Positions 1 through 10,607 of a DNA stretch of 64,000 nt are shown here, piece after piece. Location of the stretch: positions 21,514,001 to 21,578,000 of the forward strand of contig NC_091994.1 of assembly GCF_044704955.1 (NCBI RefSeq). Direction: 5' to 3'. The stretch is from Pristiophorus japonicus (lineage: Eukaryota). Within the stretch, counting starts at the first letter, position 1; each line of letters opens with the position of its first letter. The notes under the pieces are model-generated. The model was not told where the DNA came from, ran no database searches, and was given only the letters and a program-made list of their open reading frames with translations. A program made the translations under genes and the position numbers.

Positions 1-499
1 CACCCCTCACCTTCCCACGGCTCCTTCCCGTGCAAGCGCAGGAGATGTAACACCACCCCCATTTACCTGCTCCCTTCCCACCGTCCCGGGCTCCAAGCAC
101 TCCTTCGAGGTGAAACAGCGATTTACTTGTACTTCTTTCAATTTAGTACACTGCATTTGCTGCTCACGATGGGGAGACCAAACGCAGTTTTAGGAACACC
201 TCCATTCAGTCCGCAAGTGTAACCCTGAGCTTGTGGTCATTGGCCATTTTAATTATCTGCCGTACTCCCTCTCTCATTGACCTCCTACACGGTTCTAATG
301 AAGCTCAATGGAAGTTTGAGAAACAGCACCTTATCTTTTGATTAGGCACTTTACAGTCTTTCAGGTGCAACATTGAGTTCAACAGTTTCAGATCATAACC
401 ACAGCTCTCATTCTTTTGGAGAGCAGGTGCTGGTAATGGTTATGCTGTTGCCATTTACACCTCCTCGAGACCCATCTTTTGTTTACTTGTCCCACTACC

Positions 500-1028
500 T
501 CTCTTAGGCGGTCCCTTGTATCGAGGATGACCTGCTTCTACGCTAAAATGGGATGAGTTCACGGGTGTTTCGAAGAAGGACCTAATATTCCAGGTCCCGA
601 ACTACATGTTGAAGGGTGGAAGGTGTGGATTTTTTTCATGTGTGATGGCCGTTGCACACCAGCCACCACACGGCCTTGACCGAGCTCGGTCTTGGTCCAG
701 TGGCAAGGATTGACCAAGACGACTGGAGACCAGCTTTGCTGCACGGACCTAGTGCGCGCACACATTGCAGTGTGGGCTGGCACTTGCTGCCCCTGGGCCC
801 CGAAATTACACGTCTCCTGGGCCCCGATCATGTCGCTCCACGTTCACGTGCCGCTCCTTCGCCCCGACCTCACTGCTCCTGCTGTACCTGCCCACGCTCC
901 AATCACCGACGTGGACCTTGGTGACGTCCAATCCAGTCCTCTTCACTGCTGTCGCCCTCTTCCACCAGCTCGCGTTGCTCTCTGAAGTGGCATGCAGCCA
1001 TGCTGTCAGAACCACAGCTCTCATCTCT
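500..1028 (-). mobile_element. RTE-derived composite non-autonomous retroposon, copy 1 (short VNTR)
   Basis: Reverse-complement homology to 3588-4380. Contains ATG TAG TTC GGG ACC TGG AAT ATT AGG (M*FGTWNIR, the start of an RTE endonuclease ORF) and the RTE 3' end. Possible TSD CACTACC (493-499/1029-1035). Confidence 0.75.
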
Positions 1029-1175
1029 CACTACCACACCCTTTTGCCTTGCACCACCTTTTGTCGTTTAATCTCTCCTGCCTTCCACCCTGTCACAGAC
1101 CTTCCATGTTGTTCTTTCCTCTCCCCCTTTCCCTGTCTGTACTTACTTAAAACCTGTTACATATCTAACTCTTTC

Positions 1176-1213
1176 CAGTTCTGACAAAGGGGCATCGACC
1201 TGAAACGTTAACT
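1176..1213 (+). ncRNA. Degenerate minimal type I hammerhead ribozyme of a Penelope-like element
   Basis: AGTT-CTGACAA-AGGGGCATCGACCT-GAAA-CG-TT-AACT. The CUGANGA core is mutated to CUGACAA; GAAA-CG-UH is intact. Confidence 0.55.
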
Positions 1214-2819
1214 CTGTTTCTCTCTCCACAGATCTGTTTTTATTTTTACTTCAGATTTTAATGAACCGCAGTATTTTGATTTTGTGAAGGTAATTAGCTG
1301 GCGTGCGTAAATTGGCTGCCGCGTTTCCTGCATTACATCTTCTTTGGCTGTAAAGCGCTTTAGGGTGCCGTGAAAGGCTCTTTTATAAATGTAAGTTCTT
1401 TATTAAAATGTGTTATGCTGCAGACTGTTCTATTGTACAGAGTATCACAGCAAAGTCTGTCCACACTCAACGTCCTCACATTCATACCTTGCAGCGACAG
1501 TCGTTGGGACAGCGATCAGAAATGGGAATCCTTGCTCATTTTTTCCTTTTCTTGCCCTGAGCGTGGAGACCAATTGCAACCCTTCAGCCAACACCCTGAC
1601 TGAAATCAGCCAACTCAACACAGATAAGACACAAACCTAATCTGTTTGACTCTGTGTGACTATGGACGGGGAATTTGCCCTCGAAGCAATCTGGAGAGCT
1701 AAACTAAAATAATTAGAGATATTTATTATTTCCTGTATATGATTAATTGAGTAACCACCTCTTATAATAGCCATTTCTGGTATGCAGTTATAGTTAGATA
1801 AAAGACACTTAGTGTGTGTGTAAATGCAATACCATTCATTATCTACACTCCTATTATCCAGTATCCAAAATATCCGCCAGAATTTTCACACAACAAAGCC
1901 TTGTGCAAGATATCGCCTTGTTGCAGAGTTTTTATATATTTATGTTTAATTTCCTTTACTTGATGAAACAATATTCTTTTTATTGTTTGCATTGTATTTG
2001 TCCTCAATCCTGTGCCTGGAGTATTGCTGTACCTTATAGGCAAGGCCAAAAATGAGGGATTCTGAATTATTTTTTGTTTCCATTATAGCAGATAACAGAG
2101 GGTGCTCTTCAATTCATTTTCCAGAATACGTTCGACACTTAACAGGAGTTCACACAACATAAATATATGTAAAGTATTGTATCTTAATACGCAAAAATAG
2201 ACTTACACAGAGCAGCATTGCTTTGAAGACCAAGTTGTTTTGTGTAGCATCTTGTAGTGGAGTGGATCCTTTCCTTTGCACCTCCATGACCTGAGTTTGA
2301 ATCAGCCCAGATTGAAGGGCCGAACTGAAATAGGTTTTGGGCAGCCACCACAATCTAGCATGAGTGTGCACAATAGTGGTCATAATTTGGTCACTAAACT
2401 GGCATGCGGGACATGATAGTTTGAATGGGCAATGGAAATGTTACACTGGTTTAACAGATGGTGTTATAAGGTTAGAGGTAAGGCAGTTGCTGTGGTGGAG
2501 GAGAAGGAGCTTTACACTGAGGTTAGGCAGGTAACTAGTTCCCAGACACTTGTGAATACTGCTTTGTAAACAGCCTCTGGGATCCAGCTATCATAATGAC
2601 ATACAGGACACTTATTACCTGTATGCAATCTAGTGCTGACAGATCTCACTCATTGGATAGATTCACCATTTCATTTATTCTACACCTCTTTTCATAAAAC
2701 ACAGCATTCTATTTATGGCCTTATCCACTTAACGTTTTATGAACCCAAAATATCAACCCCAAATCCCTCTGCTCTCCTACAGTATCCAACTATTACGCTT
2801 CCAGTGGAGCATAAACAAT

Positions 2820-3180
2820 AGCATAGTCTGGTTGGGCCAAATGGCCTGTTTCTTTGCTGCATATTCGATGTAATTCTATGCTATTAAGAACTCAATAAAT
2901 AGGAGCAGGAGTAGGCCATACGGTCCCTCGAGCCTGCTTCCCCATTTAATAATATCATGGCTGTCTGATCTTGGCCTCAACACTTTCCTGCCTGTTCCCC
3001 ATGACCCTTGACTCCCTGATAGTTCAAGAATCTGTCTATTAGCTCCTTGCAACTTCCTTTGGTCCTTAGAATTATTTACAACGCCTCCTATTTTAGTATC
3101 GTCTGCAAATCTGGACACCACTCCCTCTAGCCTTATATCCCAGTGGTCCCAGAACAGAACTCTATAGGACACTGCCACCC
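2820..3180. mobile_element. CR1 LINE fragments (3' tails on both strands; RT remnant FADDTKIGGVV on minus)
   Basis: GGCCTACTCCTGCTCCTAT CR1 3' motif; ORF 2876..3529 contains SRFADDTKIGGVV. Confidence 0.65.
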
Positions 3181-3399
3181 ATTTCCAATTACTCTGAGAA
3201 ACTTCTCCTACTTTGTGAACTGGAATAGTGTGAGTGTCAGTAGCAATTTGTGAAACTGAGAACTTTTTGGAACGATTATTTTGGCATTCTGTCTGCATAC
3301 ACTTGGACCTAAGCTTCTTATGTTTCTGTCCGAGTGAGACCACCAGGAAATTTTCATCCTCGCCACCCACAGTGAGACTTTTCAGGAGCAGGTATTGCA

Positions 3400-4480
3400 T
3401 TCCCTGTGAGCATAACCTTGTATTGAGGAGGAGCAGCAGGCAATACAGGTCATACGAAAACTTTGGTGAGTAGATGTGTGTATCAGAAGAGTGCACTTCA
3501 CCAAAGAGGCAATAGAGGAACTTTTCCACCGACTTGCATTAGGACCTGCAGCCATGGCCATCTGCTTGTACTGCTGTATCTGTGACTCTCACACAGGTCG
3601 GGGTGGCTCATGATGTCCTAGGGCCCGCCGCTCCAGCTCTTTTTGAAGCCCCGACCTACGGAGATGTTCTCACAAAGGTCGGGGTGGCCCACGATGGCCC
3701 TGTGTGAGAGCATCTCTGTAGGTCGGGGCTTCAAAAAGAGCTGGAGCGAGCCACTGAAGATTGCAGCGCGAGCTGACACAAATGTGCGACGGCTTCGAGG
3801 TGGGCGACTGGGTGACGTCATCAGGATCCAGGTCACCGTTTGGAGCATAGGCAGGAACACCGGCAGAGAAGTGGGAAGGTCGTGGCGGACTTGCGAAGAG
3901 TGATCGGGGCGGAGGAGTGATGAGGGATCATGGCTGAGATTTGGTGGGTGATCGTGGCAGAGGTTCTGTGAAAGTTTGGTGTGGAGGTGCGGCGGGAGAT
4001 CGTGGCGGAGGTGTGGCGAGTGTTCTTGTGGCGGAGGAGCAGCGAATGAGGGTACGGGGCCCAGAAGAGCCGAGCACCCAGGGGCAGCATGGGCCAGCCC
4101 ACACTGCAATATGTGTGCGCACTAGGTCCGTGCAGCAGAACAGGTCTGCAGTCGTCCTGGTTCAACCTTTGCCACTGGATAAAAGCCTAGCTCTGTCAAG
4201 CCCGTGTGGTGGCTGATGTGCAACGGTCACCACACGTTAAAAAAAATTCACGCACAGGCATCTTCCACCCCCTCAATTGGAGTTCAAGACTGGAACATCG
4301 GGTCCTTCATTGAAACATCTGTGGACTCATGTGAAAGCAAATCATCCTCGTTCGAGGGACCGCCAATGATGATGATGATGATCTGTGACTATAAAGGTGA
4401 CAATTGCACTCAACTTTCATGGCACAGATTCATTTCAGGCAGCCACAGGGGGATCTCTGTACTATCAGCCAGGGTGCAGT
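3400..4480 (+). mobile_element. PIF/Harbinger (HARBI1-like) transposase remnant, interrupted by the 3588-4380 insertion
   Basis: Joining across the TSD gives YRSYENFGE..CIRRVHFTKEAIEELFH..DLQP..SVTIKVTIALNFHGTDSFQAATGDLCTISQ, matching the HARBI1-type N-terminal motifs (CxRRLRFxKE; VKVTxALNFYAxGSFQ..GDLCGISQ). Contains stops and frameshifts. Confidence 0.65.
3588..4380 (+). mobile_element. RTE-derived composite non-autonomous retroposon, copy 2 (about 7 VNTR units, inverted 5' head)
   Basis: Perfect 10-bp TSD ATCTGTGACT (3578-3587/4381-4390), (ATG)n tail, ~24-bp GC-rich repeats at ~3878-4045, and a 3' end shared with RTE LINE fragments. Confidence 0.85.
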
Positions 4481-4789
4481 ACCAGCATGTATGGAGCAGA
4501 CACATAACCCTATCGTATATATTAGCCTACTTTAACTGTTATTGACTCTTAACTCTAGACTCTCAAATAAAGTAACACTGAATTAAAGCTACTAAAATGC
4601 CCCTATTGTTTGAGGCTGACTACTTACTATCCTAAATCGTGCAACCCATTCTAAGGACCTTTTGCTTCGGGAATCACTGTATTGATTAACTGGTGTAAAT
4701 ATGGTAACTTTACCAGTTAGTAATTTATTGGTACCCAATAATCATTGTCTGGTTGGTTACTATCATGCACCCTAAGAATGTTTTTAGAT

Positions 4790-4910
4790 AAAGAAAGAAA
4801 GCAAGACTTGCATTTATATAGTGCCTTTCACGACCACCAGACGTATCAAAATGCTTTACAGTCAATGAAGTACTTGTTTTTGGAGTGTAGTCACTGTTGT
4901 AATATAGGAA
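4790..4910 (-). mobile_element. DeuSINE (SacSINE1-like) 3' fragment
   Basis: AAGACTTGCATTTATATAG...GGAGTGTAGTCACTGTTGTAAT, homologous to 44335-44775. Confidence 0.65.
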
Positions 4911-6318
4911 ATAGATTCTCGACACCCGTTTCAAATAAAAGCTAGCACCATATGCATCCATGTAATTTACTACTGTTCTCCAGACTCTGAGTTTTGTGTC
5001 CCCTTTTTATAGTTTTCTGTGATCTGTCCTTCACTGGAAGTTATATGTTTATGTACTATTTGAAGAAAAAGGACGTAGAATGGTTTGCAAGATTTAGGAT
5101 AGTTAGTGGTCAGCCAATGTTTCTGTATTGTAGATAAAACATGGACTGGTATCAAATCTGTATCAATGGGTACAGGAAAAATATAGAAGAAACAGAACCA
5201 GGGAGCAATAAGGAAATAAGCATCCATTGCCAATTGACAGCATTTATTAATGGCAGTCTAATAACCTTGTGAGACTAGTGTTCCAAAATAGTTGGTGAAT
5301 GATTTTGATCTTAACATTAGCCTGAACTGTACTGTTCAAATTTGCACTAATCCAAACAATATCTCTTCCGATGGTTCAGAGAATCAATGCAACATGTGGT
5401 ATGGTACTGATAGCTTGGATCTCAAGGAAGGTTCCATGTTAGATTTCTGACTTTTGCTAATCCATTCCCATAAAGAAGGTCTCTGCTTCAATTCCTTACT
5501 CGCCGAGTTAGCCAATGTTAAGTAACCGACCTCCAATGGGGGAAAGTTGACTAACCGCTTCTGACCTTTGTTTGATGGTCCTGTTGGAAGTTGGCTTTTA
5601 GTGAATTCCGTGGAAAACAGTCCAATGGGACTCGTGTGTGGAGAATGGGTATTGGGGAGGTGCTAAATGGTCATCAATGCTGGTAGAGTTGTGCTTGAGC
5701 ATTATTTGCCATCTTCAGGATACACTGATGGGAAGGACAATGAATTTAAAAAGATATACATGAAGTAACAGAATCATTTTATAAAGAAAAAAAATACTGA
5801 GTAAGCATTGCTCTAAAGAGTTACAAAATATTTATGAAGTAAGGAAGAAAATGCTAGTTGTTCCTTAACCAGTTACACATTTTCTGGTAGAGAAAAGAGT
5901 AATTTTAACTTCTTCAGAAACAATCTTGTAACGATTGAGACAATTATGTAATCACTTACCATCTTTGGTATTACATAATGAATTTCTGGTTTGATCGATT
6001 TTAAAGTCAATATCCACTATTTGTGCTGTACTTTTCGCACAGTAGAGATTAATTATAGCCCTGATCACTGTACCATTTAATCAATGCCTTTCCATTCAAT
6101 GTAATGACTCCAGGTTACTAATATAAACGAGAAGACTGATGTGCGCTACCCTGGTTAAATCTATTAAAAGGAATCAATAAAAATATACTAAAACAATATA
6201 AAAGTTAGATACTGGCTTTGTAAGGTACAGAATTTCTATTTTAAGATTCACAAAGATTTCAAGATAGAGTTAAGCTGCTATTGACCAAAATTCTAGACAT
6301 TAGTTACCGCGATTGACC

Positions 6319-6797
6319 TCAATCTGAAATATCAATGATAAGCGGAGTGACGAACTCTGAATGCCTCATTCCCAGAGAGAATGCTGGGACACTTGGCTTA
6401 TTGATGGTCACTTTTTCAGGGCTATGTGCTCCAGGCCCCGGCTTCTGAGTGTAATAGGTGGGCAAATCATACCGACCCAGCATTGAGTAGGCCGGGAGTT
6501 TCTGCAGGTAGACATTGGGGTCGGTGCGATTGTACCTGCCGGGCCCTGGGGTTTTGGGCAGATCATCTCTCTTCGTCCTCCCAGTAACTGAGAAACTAGC
6601 ACTGGAAGGCTTGGTCGGAACTTTGGATCCCATTAGGGACGGAAGGGTATAGCTATTAGGAGCAGGAACGGCATCCAACTTGCGATATCTAGTTCGGCAT
6701 CCCATGGAATACGCTGGTGATCTGTGCTCATTGAGGTGAGGTGCACTCTCCGGATTATATGCGCCTGGTCCTGGTGTACCCGGTATCCGCGAAACAG
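6319..6797 (-). CDS. CIMAP1D: CIMAP1D/ODF3L2-like ciliary microtubule-associated protein (STPGR/SHIPPO repeats), last coding exon
   Basis: Repeated TPGPGAY/PGPGRY/PGPGAH motifs and PAYS/PAFS motifs. Acceptor ttacttag|CT (phase 1), stop TGA at 6321-6319. A single large terminal exon, as in ODF3L2. Confidence 0.88.
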
Positions 6798-7069
6798 CTA
6801 AGTAATCCAAAAAATCAGTATTAACCAGGGAACAAGTCGTAACACTTTAAAAGCAAATACTCTATTTTAGATTTTTTAGACATTTTTCCTTCCTTATTCA
6901 GTTTTTTTTCTATAATTTTCTCCTCTGACTCTTGTTAGGAGAAGGCTCCACAAGTGCTCTCACTGCTGTGGTATCTTGATCAATTGACCATTCTTTGTGC
7001 ATGAATTTAGACAGTAGATGGGGGGTTGGGCACTTGACTGTGAAGGACCTGAGTCCTTTCCTGTTCTCA

Positions 7070-7705
7070 ACAACAACAACAACAACAACTTGTATTTATA
7101 AAGCACCTTTAAGGCAGTGAAATGCCCCAAGGCACTTCGCAGGAGTATTAGGCGCTAGAAATTTGACACCGAGCCGCATAAGTAGAAATTAGCACAGATA
7201 ACCAAAAACTTGATCAAAGAGGTATGTTTAAAGGAGTGCCTTGAAGGAGGAAAGAAGTAGAGAGATGGAAAGGTTTAGGCAGGGAGTTCCAGAGCTTGGG
7301 GCCTAGGCAACAGAAGGCACGGCCACCAATCGTTGAGCGATTACAATCAGTGATGCTCAGGAGGGCAGAATTAAAGGAGCGCAGACATCTCAGGGAGGGG
7401 GTGGGGGGTGGCGCTGGAGCGATTTGAAAATAAGGATGAGAATTTTGAAATCGAGGCATTGCTTAACCGGGAGCCAATGTAGGTCAGCGCGCACAGGGGG
7501 TGATGGGTGAACGGGACTCGGTGCCAGTTAGGACACGGGCAGCCAAGTTTTGGATGACCTCTAGTTTACATAGGGTAGAATGTGGGAGGCCAGCCAGGAG
7601 TGCGTTGGAATAGTCAAGTCTAGAGATAACAAAGGCATCAGCAGTGGATGAGCTGAGGCAAGGGCGGAGACGTGTGATGTTACGGAGGTGGAATTCGGCG
7701 GTCTT
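7070..7705 (-). mobile_element. L2 LINE 3' fragment with (GTT)n tail
   Basis: Translates to [13 protein letters not shown].. and GGRAFCCLGPKLWNSLP (L2 ORF2 C-terminus). (AAC)n on the plus strand at ~7069-7089. Confidence 0.8.
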
Positions 7706-7723
7706 AGTTCACGCCCAACATCT

Positions 7724-7795
7724 GCAGCCTTTGGCGTAATGGTAGCAATCCTGTCTCTGAGACGGGAGATGCAGGATTCGAACCATGCTCCACAC
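7724..7795 (+). mobile_element. tRNA-derived SINE-like head (Pol III A and B boxes)
   Basis: A box TGGCGTAATGG (7732-7742), anticodon-like stem CCTGT/ACGGG around CTCTGAG, B box GATTCGAACC. No acceptor stem, so not a functional tRNA. Confidence 0.45.
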
Positions 7796-8891
7796 AGTCC
7801 TGGTAAGTGGAGGTCGGAGCTCGGGCTCTGAATTCTGGGTTCCCACACACAGCGCTACTTGCGTCTGGTGGGTGTAGGTGAACTCCCTCCATCGTATGGT
7901 CTGTGGGAGCCCATAAAACTCCCGATGGTTACAGCCTTTCAGTCTGAGAATCCTTCACAGTGTTCTCAGAAGCGGGATCCTAGGTGTATTCTTCACTTGC
8001 CTAGACCAGGGGTACTGCAGCCGATTAAATCACCCAAGCTGCTGCTCCAGATGAGATAGGGGTAGAATTTCCATCGGAGTTTCCCGATTGACCACTGTAA
8101 CTTTGGCCGAAGATTGACGGAAACGGTACAAACAGATATTTACATACTTTCCCACCAATTCTCCAGTTACGGCTGGCTAGCAGGAGAACCAACGTGGAAA
8201 TTAGTCAGCACAGCTAACTTAGCACAGACCAGGATCACATTGGCGAGCAAACCCTGGGGCCTCTTTGGACTGTATGGTTTAGTCCCACACCAGGCGCAGT
8301 GCATTTACTCGCTGACCCATCAGAGAAACATTGGGGCAGATTTTCATCCTCCCACTGGGCGGGAATGAGATGGTAGAACAATGAAAATAGTGGCACATCA
8401 CTTACTACCCCATTTCTGAAAACGTCAAGATCTCCATCGCTCTTGGGGTCTTGAAATGGGTGGTCCAGAGGCTCTTCCAGAAACGGGCAAAGCATGCACC
8501 ATGCAAGGGGCATCCATTGATACATGGCATTGAGCGGCCTAACCAACGGGCAAAGGGACCGCTACACACCACTCAAAATCATTTTGTAAAAGGGGTTTTA
8601 TGCGATTTTTGTGGGGCCAGGGGGAGGGTATTGATGCCCCTCCTGACTTCACCATCAGCAATACTGCCCCAGCAATGTGCTTTATCCAAGTACAAAACTC
8701 CAATGTAGTTTGTATGTTTTTTTTCTACCATTTTGTACTTCATTTTCTGTTTTACTTTAACTTAGCCGGTGCTCCAAGATATTAATATAAATAAAAGCAC
8801 CTTAAAACCCAAATGACGCGGACACTTTAATGGAGTCCTTGTTTGAAACCTTGTAGGGATTTAAACTCTATTTAGTTACAGCTTTTCTCAC

Positions 8892-9005
8892 CAGAGGCTT
8901 TTACTCTGCCCAATATGGAGTAGGCTGGTGTTCCATTTCTGCCGAATCGTGTGATCTTTGGATCAACATAATACTGAGGTCCAGGGCTGCAGTTGTTGTA
9001 ATACA
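8892..9005 (-). CDS. CIMAP1D: CIMAP1D/ODF3L2-like coding exon 3
   Basis: ctcctgtcag|TG TAT TAC...GCC TCT G|gtgag, 114 nt, phase 1-1. Encodes [37 protein letters not shown] (compare human ODF3L2 [28 protein letters not shown]). Confidence 0.9.
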
Positions 9006-9129
9006 CTGACAGGAGAAAGAAGAGAATTACTTTAAAGTTTTTTTCTCAGCTTACATAAATTGAATTCAAACTAGGTCACACTCTCATTTCCTTTTACATA
9101 TTCTACATTTGTTATGGCTTGCAGAATAT

Positions 9130-9725
9130 GTTTGGAGATTGAGCTGGGTATTCTGCAGTGAGTGTCTCACCTCCTGACTCCCCAAAGCTTTTCCACCATC
9201 TACAAGGCATAAGTCAGAAGTGTGATGGAACAGTCTCCACTTGTCTGGATGAGTGCAGCTCCAACAACACTCAAGAAGCTCGACACCATCCAGGACAAAG
9301 CAGCCCGCTTGATTGGCACCCCATCCACCACCTTCAACATTCACTCCCTCCACCACCAACGCACCGTGGCTGCAGTGTGTACCATCTACAAGATGCACTG
9401 CAGCAACTCGCCAAGGCTTCGTCTGCAACACCTCCCAAACCTGCGACCTCTACTACCGAGAAGGACAAGGGCAGCAGTGGGAGCACCGTCACCTGCAAGT
9501 TAACCTCCAAGTCACACATCATCCTGACTTGGAAATATATCGCCATTCCTTCATCATCGCTGGGTCAAAATCCTGGAACTCCCTCCCTAACAGCACTGTG
9601 GGAGTACTTTCACCACACAGACAGATTGAGAAGGTGGCTCACCACCACCTTAAGGGCAATTAGGGATGGGCAATAAATGCTGGCCTTGCCAGCGATGCCC
9701 ACATCCCAGAACAAATTTTTTAAAA
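9130..9725 (+). mobile_element. CR1/L2-group LINE 3' fragment (family ending ...GCCCACATCCC-polyA)
   Basis: ORF 9222..9503 (MEQSPLVWMSAAPTTLKKLDTIQDKAARLI) is an RT C-terminal region. Same family as 48100-49555 and 58585-59290. Confidence 0.8.
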
Positions 9726-10607
9726 AGCTAATATTGTCACCGGCAGTGCCATTACCTTAAAAAATCTGCATTAATATTATATGGCTCCATAGAAACTAGG
9801 AAATTCTGCCGCAGGCACAGTAAGCTTTTACAGAAATATAGCCTAGGAATTATTGTGTGAAAAATTAGCATGCAATCATTTAATGTATTTGTATAACATA
9901 TTATTGTATCCAAAATGGGTTAAACCCCCTTTAAAATAATGGAACAAGGCATTACAGGCACACATTAAGCATTTAGACTATATACAATAATTTACAGAGT
10001 CGCATGTATATGTACATGTTTTTCAAAAGATTGCAGTGATTGCAAAAGATTTGAATGGATAAAAGGTGGTTTCAAAACATATTATTTGCATAGCAACAGA
10101 TTATGATTAAATATAGCAGAAAGAACATTTCATTGAACTTTGATTTGCTCTCAAAATACTAAAAAATGTTTCAACCTTGACTACGTTCAAATATTTTAAA
10201 GCAGCTGTTTGTGCTATTTTCCCCCCAAAAAAGTTTATTGGTCATTTATGTACCCTCAGCCAGTCATGTCAAGTGGCAAATTTGATCATGAGCCTATCAA
10301 TTTCTAATGCTGTTGCACGCACTGCCTGGATAATGGAGTTAGGCTGTGGGTGGGTGAAGACATTCACCTGGAGTCACTCAAACAGCCAATTGGCAAAATG
10401 GCAGCCCTGGGAGGGTAGCAGGATTATTGCCCTGTTTCTGCCTTTTGTGCTCTTAGAAAATGCCACCGGTAATTTTGTGAGGAACATCTGTCCTAGTAAC
10501 AGTTGGCACATAATATATACGCAAACAATAATTTAAAGAAAAAAATAATGAAATATTTTTATTTCCATTTGATACATTGTCGGTAGAATTACAATAGTAG
10601 TCATTTT

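Larger units (their letters stand above)
1..1290 (+). mobile_element. Penelope-like element 3' remnant (degenerate GIY-YIG endonuclease end plus 3' UTR), split by an insertion at ~500-1028
   Basis: Manual translation of 1-395 gives FPCKRRRCNT, KHSFEVKQRFTCTSFNLVHCICCSR, GETKR, EHLHSVRK, GHFN and QHLIFxLGTLQ..NIEFNSFR, typical of the PLE GIY-YIG region. The 3' UTR carries a hammerhead-like core at 1181-1209. Homologous to 34070-34563. Confidence 0.8.

Noticed and set aside
2208-2327. Minus-strand segment with an AG acceptor and a GTAAGT donor (ORF 2150..2383)
   Set aside because: No recognisable protein similarity and no partner exons; part of it looks like an old SINE fragment.
3878-4045. 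Regularly spaced ~24-bp repeats (also 40074-40315) resembling a CRISPR array
   Set aside because: Degenerate tandem units with no unique spacers and no cas genes, in eukaryotic DNA. This is a VNTR inside a retroposon.
3618-4216. Overlapping His/Pro-rich and Gly-rich ORFs (also 40001-40375)
   Set aside because: Incidental translations of the GC-rich VNTR; frames are not conserved between copies.
6319-6810. ODF3-like ORF as an intronless retrogene starting at TTG 6810
   Set aside because: A good acceptor at 6798-6799 and three upstream phase-matched exons show it is the last exon of a spliced gene.
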